From the NCBI GenBank assembly GCA_965649765.1, contig OZ287748.1, positions 34,596,001-34,660,000 of the forward strand: a stretch of 64,000 nucleotides of DNA, written 5' to 3'. Under the pieces are notes generated by a model. It searched no databases and was not told where the DNA came from. It saw only the letters and a list, made by a program, of their open reading frames with translations. Position numbers and translations under genes: made by a program. This stretch comes from Bispira polyomma. Taxonomy: Eukaryota. This document shows positions 27,278 to 38,669 of this stretch, piece after piece (the first letter of the stretch is position 1; each line of letters begins with the position of its first letter).

Positions 27278-27790
27278 AGCCCAGTCACACCTACACGTGC
27301 TATCGCCCCACAATGTAGCAAAGAAATATATCTAAAAATGGGGTAGTTTTGTGTCAAAGTGACGTCATTTTGACAAAGGTGCAGTCGATTGTGACGTTTT
27401 TTGACGTTTTTGTGCCGATGTTGGTACCTCTACGCACAGAGCGGGAGAAAAAAACGAAGACTTTACTGGTAGGATATCACTACCTACTACTACATAGCGA
27501 TACTTTACTGCTGATTACGGCTACATTCTGGTTCGTTATGATGCTTAGTGAAACGTTCAACAATGAAAACAGACGAGTGGAGACGAATCACTACTTCCTA
27601 CTACTTACTGCTACTTATACAGACGAGTGGAGACGTCCTTGAAAAACGGAAAGCTCAGTCACGATTATTTCAAACAATTTAAAATGATCGTGGTAGCAGA
27701 CCAAATGGAGACGTCTCTGGAACAATATCATCCGTTAAGCAATGTCCGGATCAGGGATCCTCACTTTTGCACTACCTTCCACTGCCCTGT
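27278..27790. mobile_element. Second copy of the AGCCCAGTCACAC MITE (one TIR lost)
   Basis: Starts with the identical TIR; body is the reverse complement of about 5800-6230. Confidence 0.85.
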
Positions 27791-28479
27791 AGATATTTTT
27801 AAGCTGTATTGTGTAGAAATAAAACCACTTGTTCATGTTTTAAGACAGTACTGAAGCATCAAATAAAGCTTTCCACAAGTTGAACATAGTTGGCTTGACC
27901 ATACTTGCTTTTTTTAGATATGTTAAAAGGGATGATGGAACAGAAAGATTGAATGTAATGCAAGTTGTGATGTAGAGTAAACCTTTAGTTTGTACTTATT
28001 AATATTGCAAAAAATGAAATGCTGTATCTAGTGTAAAAAATAGTAATATTTCAGTATTATAGTCACTAAAAATATTCTGATGAGTCGCTAGTATTATTTG
28101 ACTACAGTGAACGGTGAGATGAAGTATATTTCATTATATTTATACAGCTATACTTAAAATTTGAAAGGATTTTAAAATTTAGACGCCAACAATGTTTAAA
28201 GAGAACTAAACAGCTTTAAAATCAAGTTTTAAGTAAAAACACTTACAGAGATGATAAATATTGGATGAATCAACTAACTCTTGAACATAGTCAGTTAAAA
28301 TTGTAAAGCAACAAAACAATAGTTCAATTGACAATTAAGTATAGAACACTATGACCATTAATCTCACATCTAAATAGAACTTTTTATTGTAGTGTAGTAC
28401 AGTAAAAAGTTTTTAGGCTACAAAATCTATTAAAGATATTTATTGACAACATTTACAGTGCATCATGACTAACTACCAT

Positions 28480-28675
28480 AGATTTTCTAAGCGTCATCAA
28501 AGAGAAAACCTTTAATTGCACATTTAAAACTGGACAGTTTATTAATCTTTCTGATGATGATCGACAAGCTATTCCAAAGCTTTGGAGCACTATATGAAAA
28601 GAATCTGTCACCTGTTGTTTTATGGATAGATTTTGGCACTGTCAATGACATATTGTATTGTCTTGTATTGTACAT
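28480..28675 (-). mobile_element. L2-type LINE extreme 3' fragment
   Basis: GDRFFSYSAPKLWNSL..SFKCAIKGFLF, the typical L2/CR1 ORF2 C-terminus. Confidence 0.8.
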
Positions 28676-28780
28676 TTTTTAACGCGCCTTATTGATGCTA
28701 GGCATCTTCTAAGGCGCAACATCAGAATCAATCAGCCAATAAAAAAATGAAAAAACATAGCCAGGTCGTAAGAATGGATA
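28676..28780 (-). mobile_element. About 105-bp 3' tail of the L2 family found at 20755-22352
   Basis: Reverse complement of about 22250-22350, ending in an A-tail. Confidence 0.85.
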
Positions 28781-30229
28781 CAACCTTTCTCAAACCCCGC
28801 CTATTTAAAACTTTGTTTTGTGTTTAGTAGAACTTTTTTGTTTTTTTCACCTTTTCTTAGTAAGAGAGAGAGAGAGGGGAGTCTTTCCCAGTATATCTCA
28901 TATTTTAAATAATTAATAGAATGCATTTTGTAATATAGTATCTCTGTTTAGAGGAATCCCTCGAGTCTGATATGATGCCTGCTCAGTGCTATGGTATTTT
29001 AAGAGACACAATGTTACCTTTCCACACATGGTTCTTCATTTGTGCTTTAAAGGTTATTCTGAGACTTGCACTAAGGGTCTCAAACAAAAATATTTATATT
29101 CATATTTAAACCAATCCAACCCAGGTGACAAATAAAAAGTTTTTGCAAGCCAGATCTGGTGCAATATGATTCTAAACGTTTACGATCCCACAACAATTTT
29201 ACACGGAACATATTGCCTAATGTATCTAATTTTGGCAGATTAAATGAAGAGTAGGAGTAGAAGCTCAAGATGTAAAACAGTCTACCACAGATTTTAGCAG
29301 TTTTACATCAGATATTTAGAGGTATGAGAAGAGGTAGTGCAGTGTGAAAAAGTTCTATACTATGAAGTGTGATGGTATCATTTGTATTTCTTTAAATTGT
29401 ATTTTGCCCGTCCACCCATTGAGGCTTAAGTTTTACAAATTTATTAACAACAACCAAATAACTAAAGAAACTGCCGTGTGCTACAAAACAAGCCAAGTCA
29501 GAAGGAATGACAAACAAGTGTTAATCAGGTCTTGTCTCTGCATATTTATTTCCATCACACAGTTCAGGATATTGGTAATAAACATTATCAAGTGCCTGAT
29601 TAATGTGATCATGAATAGCTGGTTCACTGAATCCAAACCCAACAATTGTGATTAACAGTTTCACCCGTGTCAAAATTTGCTTCAACCCTATTGAGTAGTG
29701 TTTTCCTCTTTCTTATTCACAATATAGTCATGCTAATAGCGGTTTAAATGGGTTATCGTGGTGGGTGGGGGTGTAAGGTTAGGAACAATTGTTGTCACAA
29801 ACACCTTTCTTAGACTAATGGAAATGCAGGAACAAGTCAAAGACAGTTAACGTGGCAGGGGCAGAATGATCACTGAATATATTATCTGAAAGAGGAAATT
29901 ACTGTGACTAACATCTATTTTTCAGTAGTGAAAGGTGAACCAGTCAATGTAGTCATGCAGTGTTCTAAAATAGACTTTAGGTGAAAACTCATACTCAGCT
30001 CAAATATTCCGTCGGCATAAGTCTAAATGAAGTATACACATAGTAACTGACTCAGTGTTTAAAATTAGCATGCAAAAAAGTGACTGGTAACTATCACTAT
30101 TTTTCCATACACAAGGACTTCTGCATATCATTCGTTGGAGTGAGTATTCTTCTATGATAAATTTTATTTCAAGAATACAAGGTATTGATATTCTTATAAC
30201 TTGATCATTATAATAGATGAAAGATATGA

Positions 30230-30787
30230 ACGGTCAGGGAAAGGCACCGATTATATGATTAAGCCATGGCTCAGGGAAACAGAATAACAGGGACACTACA
30301 CAGCACTTATGCCACGACTGGAGCTGCAAGATCTCCAGTGGTACCACAACTTCCCCAGGATGCCCCTTGACGTATTCCAAGAGATGGAAAGGAGGGTGGG
30401 GCAAAGGATACAGAGACACGCCACCTAGTACAGGAAGGCACTGCTCCCTGGACTCAAGATAGCCATCACTTTGAGGCATTTTGCTACTGGGGAGTCGTAC
30501 ACATCGCTGCAGTGGTCATTCGTAGTGGGCAGGTCAACCATAACCAGTTCATGCCAGAAGTTTGCCAGGCCATCATCAATGACTACCATCGATGACTAAG
30601 ATTGAGTCCATGTTCCAGAACACGTGTAACCTTCCCAATGCCCTGAGGGCCATCGATGGCAAACACATCGCCATGAGATGCAGAGGAAAGGTGGGAGCGA
30701 GCATTTTAACTACAAGGGGTACCATTCAGTTGTCATGCTTGCCCTGGTAGATGGGGATTACCGTTTCCTGTGGGTTGATATAGGTTC
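30230..30787 (+). pseudogene. PIF/Harbinger transposase, 5' half
   Basis: PGLKIAITLRHFATGESYTSLQWSF, AIDGKHI, FNYKGYHSVVMLALVDGDYRFLWVDIGS; continues at 43121. Confidence 0.92.
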
Positions 30788-31309
30788 CAGTTCCTCGGGG
30801 TGTGGGCAAATGATAGAAGATTAACCAACAACACATAGTGAGAAAAGATTGCGGTTAAATACTTTTATTATATATATGATTTCTACTGCTAACATATTTT
30901 TATATACAGTTTCTTTGTAGAATAGGTAATACTGTTGTGGGCATAAGGTCCCCTTAACTCAAGTGAGTTTAAGGCCTTAAGCTTACACAAAGCTTGGGTT
31001 AAGGTGACCTCAGGTATAATGAGTTTAAGAGTATAAGTATGCCAAAGTTGAGTTTGAGTCCAAACTTAAAGGATCTGAGTTTAAGGTTGAGAGTTTAAGT
31101 TTGGTAGAAATTTTAATTTAAGGGCAAACTTAAGCGATTAAACTTTAAATTTATGCTAGTCTAAAGTTTGACTTAGGGTTTTAAGTCGAACTGTAGAAAC
31201 TTGAGTACAATATGTACTAATCTAATGAAGGGGGGGACCTTATGCCCAAAAAAGGTATAATATTTAATGTTATTTAGACATATCTTAAGCCTAAAATTTT
31301 AAGTTAGAC
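30788..31309 (-). repeat. Split direct repeat B2 (522 bp)
   Basis: Matches 32405-32926 with about 5 substitutions counted by eye. Confidence 0.95.
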
Positions 31310-31819
31310 CACTTGTATGTCGCTGTATATATATGTATATAACACTTCTCAAGTAACCATGGTACATGTAAGAACTGCAAGTACAAAGACTGCTAAAAGT
31401 TTAAAAAATTTAACAAATGTATAAAAGTTACAGGAAACCCAGGTTCCCACTAAAATAAATTTATAAAACAGGCAAGCCTGAACATCACAGTTTACTAAAG
31501 GTATAATGGACCATGTTTAAAAGAGTAATAGCCTTTGAATCACGTAAACCCACTGGCCAGTCGCTATTCTGATATCGTTGTCAGGCGGCCATCTTGAAAC
31601 CCAGATTCCATACATATAAAATGGAATTGTATTTTTAAACTTCCCTACTAGCTCAGTCTGCAAGCACCTTACGTGATCGACCAATATGATCCCTTACCCT
31701 ATGAAAACAAGAAAAACCAAAAACAAACAAAACTCAGTTGGGAAGTTACAGTGACATAAATTATTTAAGTAACAGTTATTTAATATATGATATCAACATC
31801 TGCAGGAATCTTGGTCCAG

Positions 31820-31925
31820 AAATACTGGGGCTCCATCATGATACTGAGGCTCCATGAAATACTGAGGCTCCGTGCAATACATTGAAGCATCCTGAAGACA
31901 ATACTGAGGCTTCAATAATACTAAA
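31820..31925 (+). repeat. Degenerate about 19-bp tandem repeat (ATACTGAGGCTCCATGAA-like) in the A2-B2 spacer
   Basis: About 5-6 ATACTG(A/G)GGCT units. Confidence 0.7.
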
Positions 31926-32249
31926 GCTAGAGAGAAGCACCACCACTATACAGAGAGGACCTGGCCCAGGCACGATTGTTTGCCATCACTGTTCATGAAA
32001 CACAGATAGAAGACACACAACAAGAAGCACAGACAAATCGGCCAGGTCCCAGCGCGATGCCACTCCAGCAAATACCACAGAGGTTAAACGCATCATGCAC
32101 ATCTACATGAGGAGCTTGCTTAACATCTGAAATGACACACACTTTTTTAAGCAAAAATCTGTAAGTCAGAGCTCCCGGGCTAGGTAACTATACATTAATA
32201 AGTCAGCCAGTATATCATATACATTTATCCCCAGGGGCAGTGGAGGGTG

Positions 32250-32404
32250 GGTATTTGAATTTTCCTAGTGCTCTGCTGACAAACGGTAAAAGGCGGGAGA
32301 ATTTGAAAGGGGAATGGCTTATATACCCGCCCATCCATCCCATAGTAGTGAACAGCCTGGTACCCCAGAACTGAGGCCGCCAACGCTGGGGGCGTTAGCT
32401 TTCA
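32250..32404 (-). repeat. Split direct repeat A2 (155 bp)
   Basis: Matches 42966-43120 with 2 substitutions; abuts B1 to form the CTTTCA|CAGTTCC junction. Confidence 0.95.
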
Positions 32405-32926
32405 CAGTTCCTCGGGGTGTGGGCAAATGATAGATGATTAACCAACAACACACAGTGAGAAAAGATTGCGGTTAAATACTTTTATTATATATATGATTTC
32501 TACTGCTAACATATTTTTATATACAGTTTCTTTGTAGAATAGGTAATACTGTTGTGGGCATAAGGCCCCCTTAACTCAAGTGAGTTTAAGGCCTTAAGCT
32601 TATACAAAGCTTGGGTTAAGGTGACCTCAGGTATAATGAGTTTAAGAGTATAAGTATGCCAAAGTTGAGTTTGAGTCCAAACTTAAAGGATCTGAGTTTA
32701 AGGTTGAGAGTTTAAGTTTGGTAGAAATTTTAATTTAAGGGCAAACTTAAGTGATTAAACTTTAAATTTATGCTAGTCTAAAGTTTGACTTAGGGTTTTA
32801 AGTCGAACTGTAGAAACTTGAGTACAATATGTACTAATCTAATGAAGGGGGGGACCTTATGCCCAAAAAAGGTATAATATTTAATGTTATTTAGACATAT
32901 CTTAAGCCTAAAATTTTAAGTTAGAC
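32405..32926 (-). repeat. Split direct repeat B1 (522 bp)
   Basis: Near-identical to 30788-31309. Confidence 0.95.
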
Positions 32927-32938
32927 ACCAAGCCCCAA

Positions 32939-33299
32939 ACTAGTAGGTGTTTTGTAGGACATTTTTAAAAGAATCTGCAACTTGAGTACCAGCATCAGCA
33001 GAGTCTGAGATGTAACATCACACGCAATCCGACGTCCAGGTGCCATGTTTTTGAATATCCTGAATCTTGACATTATTGTTAAACGCAAAGGTGGCACCTG
33101 AACGTCAGAAGGCGTGAAAGGTCAAGCCAGAGTATTGAGTACCAAGTGAGGATAGTACATTTTTGAGGTGTCTTCGCACACGTGTGTCCGTTAGTGGAAC
33201 CCACGAGCCTTGGAGTTTAAATTGAAATAATGAGAGATTTCTTCCTTTAGGTGAGATAACACAGCTTTCAAGGCCTGAATAGGACAAAGAGTTGAATTA
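32939..33299 (-). pseudogene. Outer element YR, C-terminal part
   Basis: NSTLCPIQAL..WVPLTDTRVRRHL..TFHAF*RSGATFAF..HGTWTSDCV*CYI; stop at a catalytic-motif Arg (CGA>TGA). Confidence 0.9.
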
Positions 33300-33957
33300 C
33301 AGTTCCCCGTGGGCCAAGGGAAAGTTGGTAATAGAAACCTTAATAATTTTCTAATTTCTTTAGCAACACAGAAAAACACTTGCGGGTAAATATTTATTAA
33401 TGACTAGCATGGTTAGTTCTACAGATATAGTATGTACAGTTTCAGATTATAGTTGGGGGGCATAAGGTCACCTTACAGTGAGTTAAAGTTTAAGGTGAAC
33501 GTAAAGTCAGTCTCAGTTTTTATATAACAATAAGGTTGACTTAAGGTCACCTTAACTAAAGAGCTTTGAGGGGGCCTAACGATGGCCCTAAATTGAGTTT
33601 AAGACTAGCAACCAATGTGTCAAGAGTATGCCAATGAAGGGGCACCGTTAGTGAGCCCGACTTAAATTTGAACTTAATTATGAACATACCTTGAGTTCAA
33701 GTCAGTATGGAAGTAAATGGGCCCGAACTGTTGGCCCTACCTTGAGTTTAAGGTTGATTTAAAGCATACTATGGAGGTTGCGAAGTGATTGGAAGATAAA
33801 TTATGTAAGAGTACATAATGTACCGAGATATAAGGTGACCTTATGCCCAAGGACAAGGGGGTTGTGAACTGTCCAAATTTATGTTTATTATACCACAACA
33901 TTTATATATTCTTTTTGCACAGGTGACCTATAGAAGTCAGACCACCAAACACCAGAG

Positions 33958-34944
33958 TTACCTAGAAGTAGGCTGAAGCGCACCCTTGAAGCAATCAGCG
34001 ACCTGGGACCCCGTCTGGGCCGAATCTGTAATGTACCTCCAGACGCAGTCCGACGTCCAGGTGCCATGCCGCTGAATGTCCTGTATGTTGACATTATTGT
34101 TAAAGGCAAACGTGGCACCTGAACGCCGGAACGCATGGAAAGTAAGGTTAGCATGACCACAGCTCAGGAGCTGCAGCACATTCTTCAAGTGACGCCGAAC
34201 CCTTGTGTCCGTCAACGGAACCCAAGCACCACCCAACTTATACTGAAAAAGAGGCATGTTAGGGCCACCAGGGGTAAGGGCCAGCACATTCTTCAGAGCA
34301 GCCACAGGACATAGGCATGAGTTCTGCAGGACTGGAATGTTTAACAGTTTAATTTGATTGTTCACCTGCATGGTCTTAGACCATTTTACTAAAAGAGTTA
34401 TGTACCCAGGCTTAAAAAGCACATCCCCTCTGGCCAAATGCTTCAATGGAGAGAACCCAGCCACAGAGTGTGGGCACAAATTGGAAAGCCTCAAGAAACT
34501 GAAAAAACTGGTCAGATAAACAGCCTTAAAGATCTGTCCCATATACGTGTTGTCGCATTTGGCAACCAATGCAGTTAACAAAGGAATATCAAACAATGTT
34601 TTAAGTTTGGCTTGTAAAGGCTTATTAATAGCAAGAGCCCTACTATAATAAGATATACGTGGATCTGCAAAGCAGTCCACATTTACATGAAAGAGAATGC
34701 ATTTCGCTTTAACAGCCGAAAGATGATTTGCAATTTGAGCAGCAGACATATGATTAAAAGTCAAAAACTCTAAAAAAGACAAAATCCTGAATACAGTCAC
34801 CTGATATAGAGGCCATTGCATGAAAGCTCCAAAGGCCAGGAAGAGTCTAAACATGGCATCATAGGCCCTGGCTGTTGATTCAGCAAAAGCAAAATGCAGT
34901 CTCTTGCAGGCTCTATTTGTGAACAGGGAGTCCAAAGGATGCAT
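33958..34944 (-). CDS. Tyrosine recombinase (intact) of copy 4
   Basis: 328 aa with catalytic R (FLRLSNL), K (KWSKT), HxxR (FHAFRR), HGTW and Y (WRYI). Confidence 0.93.
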   Translation of the reverse strand: MHPLDSLFTNRACKRLHFAFAESTARAYDAMFRLFLAFGAFMQWPLYQVTVFRILSFLEFLTFNHMSAAQIANHLSAVKAKCILFHVNVDCFADPRISYYSRALAINKPLQAKLKTLFDIPLLTALVAKCDNTYMGQIFKAVYLTSFFSFLRLSNLCPHSVAGFSPLKHLARGDVLFKPGYITLLVKWSKTMQVNNQIKLLNIPVLQNSCLCPVAALKNVLALTPGGPNMPLFQYKLGGAWVPLTDTRVRRHLKNVLQLLSCGHANLTFHAFRRSGATFAFNNNVNIQDIQRHGTWTSDCVWRYITDSAQTGSQVADCFKGALQPTSR

Positions 34945-34980
34945 TCCTGAAACATAGTACCACAGGAAGATACAACATCT

Positions 34981-37386
34981 TTAAATTGTGTAGTCAATGT
35001 CTAGGAGGGTGGCATCTGTGTGCAGCCAGTTAACCGACCCCACCCATTGAGCAAGTAAGTATTCATTATTATTCACTTTATCCCAACGTGAGAGAAGGTC
35101 TGCAACCTTGTTCTTCACACCCAAAATATGAATAACTCTTATGTCTATATCAAATTTGCTAGCCCACATGTAAATATTTCTGCTGTAGGCAGCCAGAACA
35201 GGATCTTGAGTATGCCCGGTTTCCATGACACTAACCACTGCCTGATTGTCACATTTAAAAATAACTTTTTTGCCTTGCCATACGTTGGACCATAGCTTGA
35301 GGGCAATGAGTATGTTGATAATTTCAAGCGAAGCTATATTGTCACTGGTCATGTGTGAGGGTACTTTAAGTTTGTACACGTCATTGCCACAGATGCCGCC
35401 CATACCGGTTAGACATGAATCTAATTCTACCTGTGCATGGGTACTCTTATGTGAAAAAAAAACACACGCCATTGAAATGCCTAATGAAGGTTCTAAACCA
35501 ATTTAAATCCCTGTTGAAGTCTTCAGTGACTATTAACCGACTTTTGCTATAATTGTCTCTGAGGAATTGCAACATACGGTTCAAAAAGACTCTAGCATAT
35601 TTAATGCATTTGGCCACATATAAGAGGGAGCCCAATAAGGACAATAATTCTTTTTTAGTACAAAATTCTTTCCCTTGCCACATTTCACACTTGTCTGTAA
35701 TTTCCTGCATTCTTCCGTCCGGGATAGAGGTGGTATAACTTTCAGTATCTATTAGTATGCCCAGGCATATTGCCCGTGTGCTGGGGGGAACCAACTTTTT
35801 CTGGCTGACCGTGAGGCCGAGCTCCTTGAGCAAGGCCTGAAGACGTTCGTAACTGGCTGTTATTTTACTTGGCAACGATACCGTCAAAAAATCGTCTATA
35901 TAGTTGTGTACTTTGTATCCCTCCGCCTTCATTATAAATCTTACAGCGTCAGAAAGACGCTGGAAAATAGTACTCCCATTCTGATACCCGAAGGGAAGAC
36001 ATTTATCGACGTAGAAGTCTTTCCATTTTAGGCCAAGTAGATTGATGTCACCTGGATCTATGGGAACGTGCCTAAAGGTCCAACTTACGTCAATTTTATA
36101 GATATGACATCCTCTATCCAATCTGGTTACTTCAGTAGTAATGTTATCAATGGAAGGATATGATAGAATAAAACCAGTGTCAAGGTAGGAGTTAGCAGAA
36201 GCACCTGCGTTAACCGAATGACCATGTGGCCAACCCAAATCGACTATTACTCTCCTATTAGCCAAGCTGGACTTCTCACGTGTCATCATCGGCGAACAAT
36301 GCAAGTCCCTAATAGGGGGCTCCTTGAAGGGCCCTAATATAGCCTCAAAGTTACATTCCTCATTCAGATACGTCTCCACATATTCTGGGAAAGTTTCCGC
36401 CGAACTATGGTTACAATTGTCCGACTGACTAACTTTTCCTCGACATACGTCTAAAGGGAAACCGTACTTAACGAGCAGGGGCAGTTGCCAGTCCCAATAC
36501 TTAGTGAGGTAATCTTGCCACTTCTTGGCATTTAATTGCGATTTGACCACAAGTTGGAGACCCTTATAATTGTGTCTGCCATCAACTCTTAATTTAGCAT
36601 GCATTTGGAAGGTATCTAGGCCATGATTTTTCGCCCCCCATCCCAAATTTTGCATCCTGACGTGTTAAGTGGAATGAATCCATAATCGACATCATTTTGC
36701 TCATGCCACGCCTTGTACGTCTCATCGTTCCGGGCTTTAGTTAGCAACTCCCGTTTATTGCATTTTTGCTTAAGCCCCAAAGCGTACTTGTCGGAAGGGG
36801 CAACTGAGTTATATGTTGGATTTGTGTTGACATTTCTGTCATTACCCTGATTCCCAGCATTGTCTTTAATCAATCGCCTTTTTTTCGCACCTTGCTGTGG
36901 CTTGTCATTAACACTCTCGTTTTTGTTGACACCATCCTCGACCTCCCCATTGTTGAGTTCAACAATGGTTTGGTAGAGGGGTTGGAATCTGTTATGCCAC
37001 AAGGCAGCTCGGTCGACACTATTATTCACTAGTGATTTATATGGGAGACATTCACTAACAGGCTTGGTACGTCCAAGCATTGTTTCCTTGGTGTATTTAC
37101 TTTGCCCCCGCCCACAGGTCTTTTGTTTGTTTTGCGTGGCCGGGACAGAGTAAACACGACACTTATTTACAGGTTAGCACACTTTGACACTTTTACTTTT
37201 ATTTACAACGACCTGTTTTCTTGTGCTATTCATATTTTGTAATGCGTCGCTGTATGAACAGCATGCACGTTTACCTTTATTGTAAGTGAGCATTTTACCC
37301 CTTACATCTTTATCAAATAACTCCAAATTACTAAATTCTGAGTTATAAAAAGTTCTTGAAAAAATTTTGTCTTTGCTATTTTCCAC
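34981..37386 (-). pseudogene. pol (RT + RNase H) of copy 4, several frameshifts
   Basis: ORFs 37174-37386, 36616-37080, 35447-36655 (LPFG, YIDD, CLGI) and 34981-35472 (DSC, E, CDN, NKVADLLSR). Confidence 0.92.
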
Positions 37387-37416
37387 TGCAGAATTGCAGT
37401 GGCCCCTTAGTTTTTT
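37383..37416 (-). promoter_or_regulatory. Putative -1 ribosomal frameshift signal, copy 4
   Basis: A_AAA_AAC, 7-nt spacer, stem CCACTGCA-attc-TGCAGTGG; the -1 frame runs into the pol ORF. Confidence 0.8.
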
Positions 37417-38431
37417 AGACTCTTCTTGCTACATGCACTGGATTTGTATGACCCCCCACAGGTTTCGCAAACATGTCTGAAGTAGGTATTCCCAGTTTTG
37501 TGACTATTGGGAAACTTGCACGTACCATCCTGAAAGAACTTGCAGTTCGCTGTGGACTGCTTACCTGAGGCCTGTGTTTTATTTGAACCATGAGTATTAC
37601 TACCAGAATTATTGCTAGCAATATGTCTCTGGGCATGAGCCCTTCTAAAACTATCAAGCTTCTCGACCTCTGACCATTTAACCTTCCCCATTTCCATGTG
37701 GGTGAGCACAACCGCATGGCAAGCTTTTGCCGACTCCCAAGAGAAATCCTCTGCATCTTCCATCAGATTAGCCATATAATCTAGTATCATTTCCCTAATC
37801 TCATTGGACTTTTCTTCCTGAATAATGCGCGTAAACCACATACCCATTGGTTGACTGATAAGTCATCATATGTGGGCCTTGATTTACAACTGCCCGTCAA
37901 GACATGGTTTTGGGGCCATCCTATGACGCATTTGACCAAAATATCAACGCCCCCTCCCCTTTGTGACTTTAGTTTACCTTGCTGTGGGTTTTCATTTAGC
38001 TGTTTTAACTCCGCCAGCCTTAATTCAACTTGGCTTTGAATTTGACTGTTGCTGCGTAAAAAGTCTATATTCGGAACTACAGTTTCAGTGGATAAAACTT
38101 CACTGGTATCGGTGCTCACAGAACTACTGTTAACAACAGAATTTGAAACAATACTAGCCTGATTCTTGTTGTGGACGTCCGCCGCCAGTGCTGCCTCTGT
38201 CTGCTGAACTCTCTGGTCCATCCGTTCCATCATCTGCGCCATGGACTGCAGTTGCAGTAAAATTTGACTAGAAACAATATCTGAACCTGAATTTGAAGCG
38301 AGAGTGGATGAATCCTCAGCAGAGACAGCACTAACAGTGGCTTCCACAGACACGGCTTCCAGAGTACAAGCATTGCCAACGGGCCTTTCATGCTTTTCTT
38401 GACACCTCGAACAATGATAAACCGGAGGCAT
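37407..38431 (-). pseudogene. gag-like ORF1 of copy 4 (one frameshift)
   Basis: N-terminal CxxCxxxHxxPxxxxC, coiled-coil-like segment, KSQRGG, WPQN, C-terminal Cys/His cluster. Confidence 0.88.
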
Positions 38432-38669
38432 TGTAAAGTTTAAAACTGATAAAATACACTAAAAGACTAAAAACAGAAAGAAAATCGGAAACATAAACTT
38501 GAATTTCCAAGATGTTCGTTCCAAAGTTGTTATTCTGTGAACACTATTGTTATAAATGGCGGGACGTTTGAATGAAGCTGCCTTATATACAGCCCGCAAG
38601 CAATGAAGCGTGAAGACTAAGACTGGTCCCCCAGAACTGAGAGCGCCAGAGCTGGGGCCCTGCCTTACA

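Larger units (their letters stand above)
33300..38669 (-). mobile_element. Ngaro-like YR retrotransposon copy 4 (inner element, inserted in the YR gene of copy 3)
   Basis: Termini TGTAAGG...GGAACTG in element sense; full gag/RT/RH/YR set; removing it restores the outer YR frame (PSIN|NSTLCP). Confidence 0.95.

Noticed and set aside
33958-34944. Phage or prophage integrase, or retron-like bacterial system
   Set aside because: YR is linked to gag, RT and RNase H within split direct repeats, i.e. a eukaryotic YR retrotransposon.
38459-38669. Hydrophobic C-terminal extension of a YR ORF
   Set aside because: Read-through across the insertion junction into the A repeat of copy 4.
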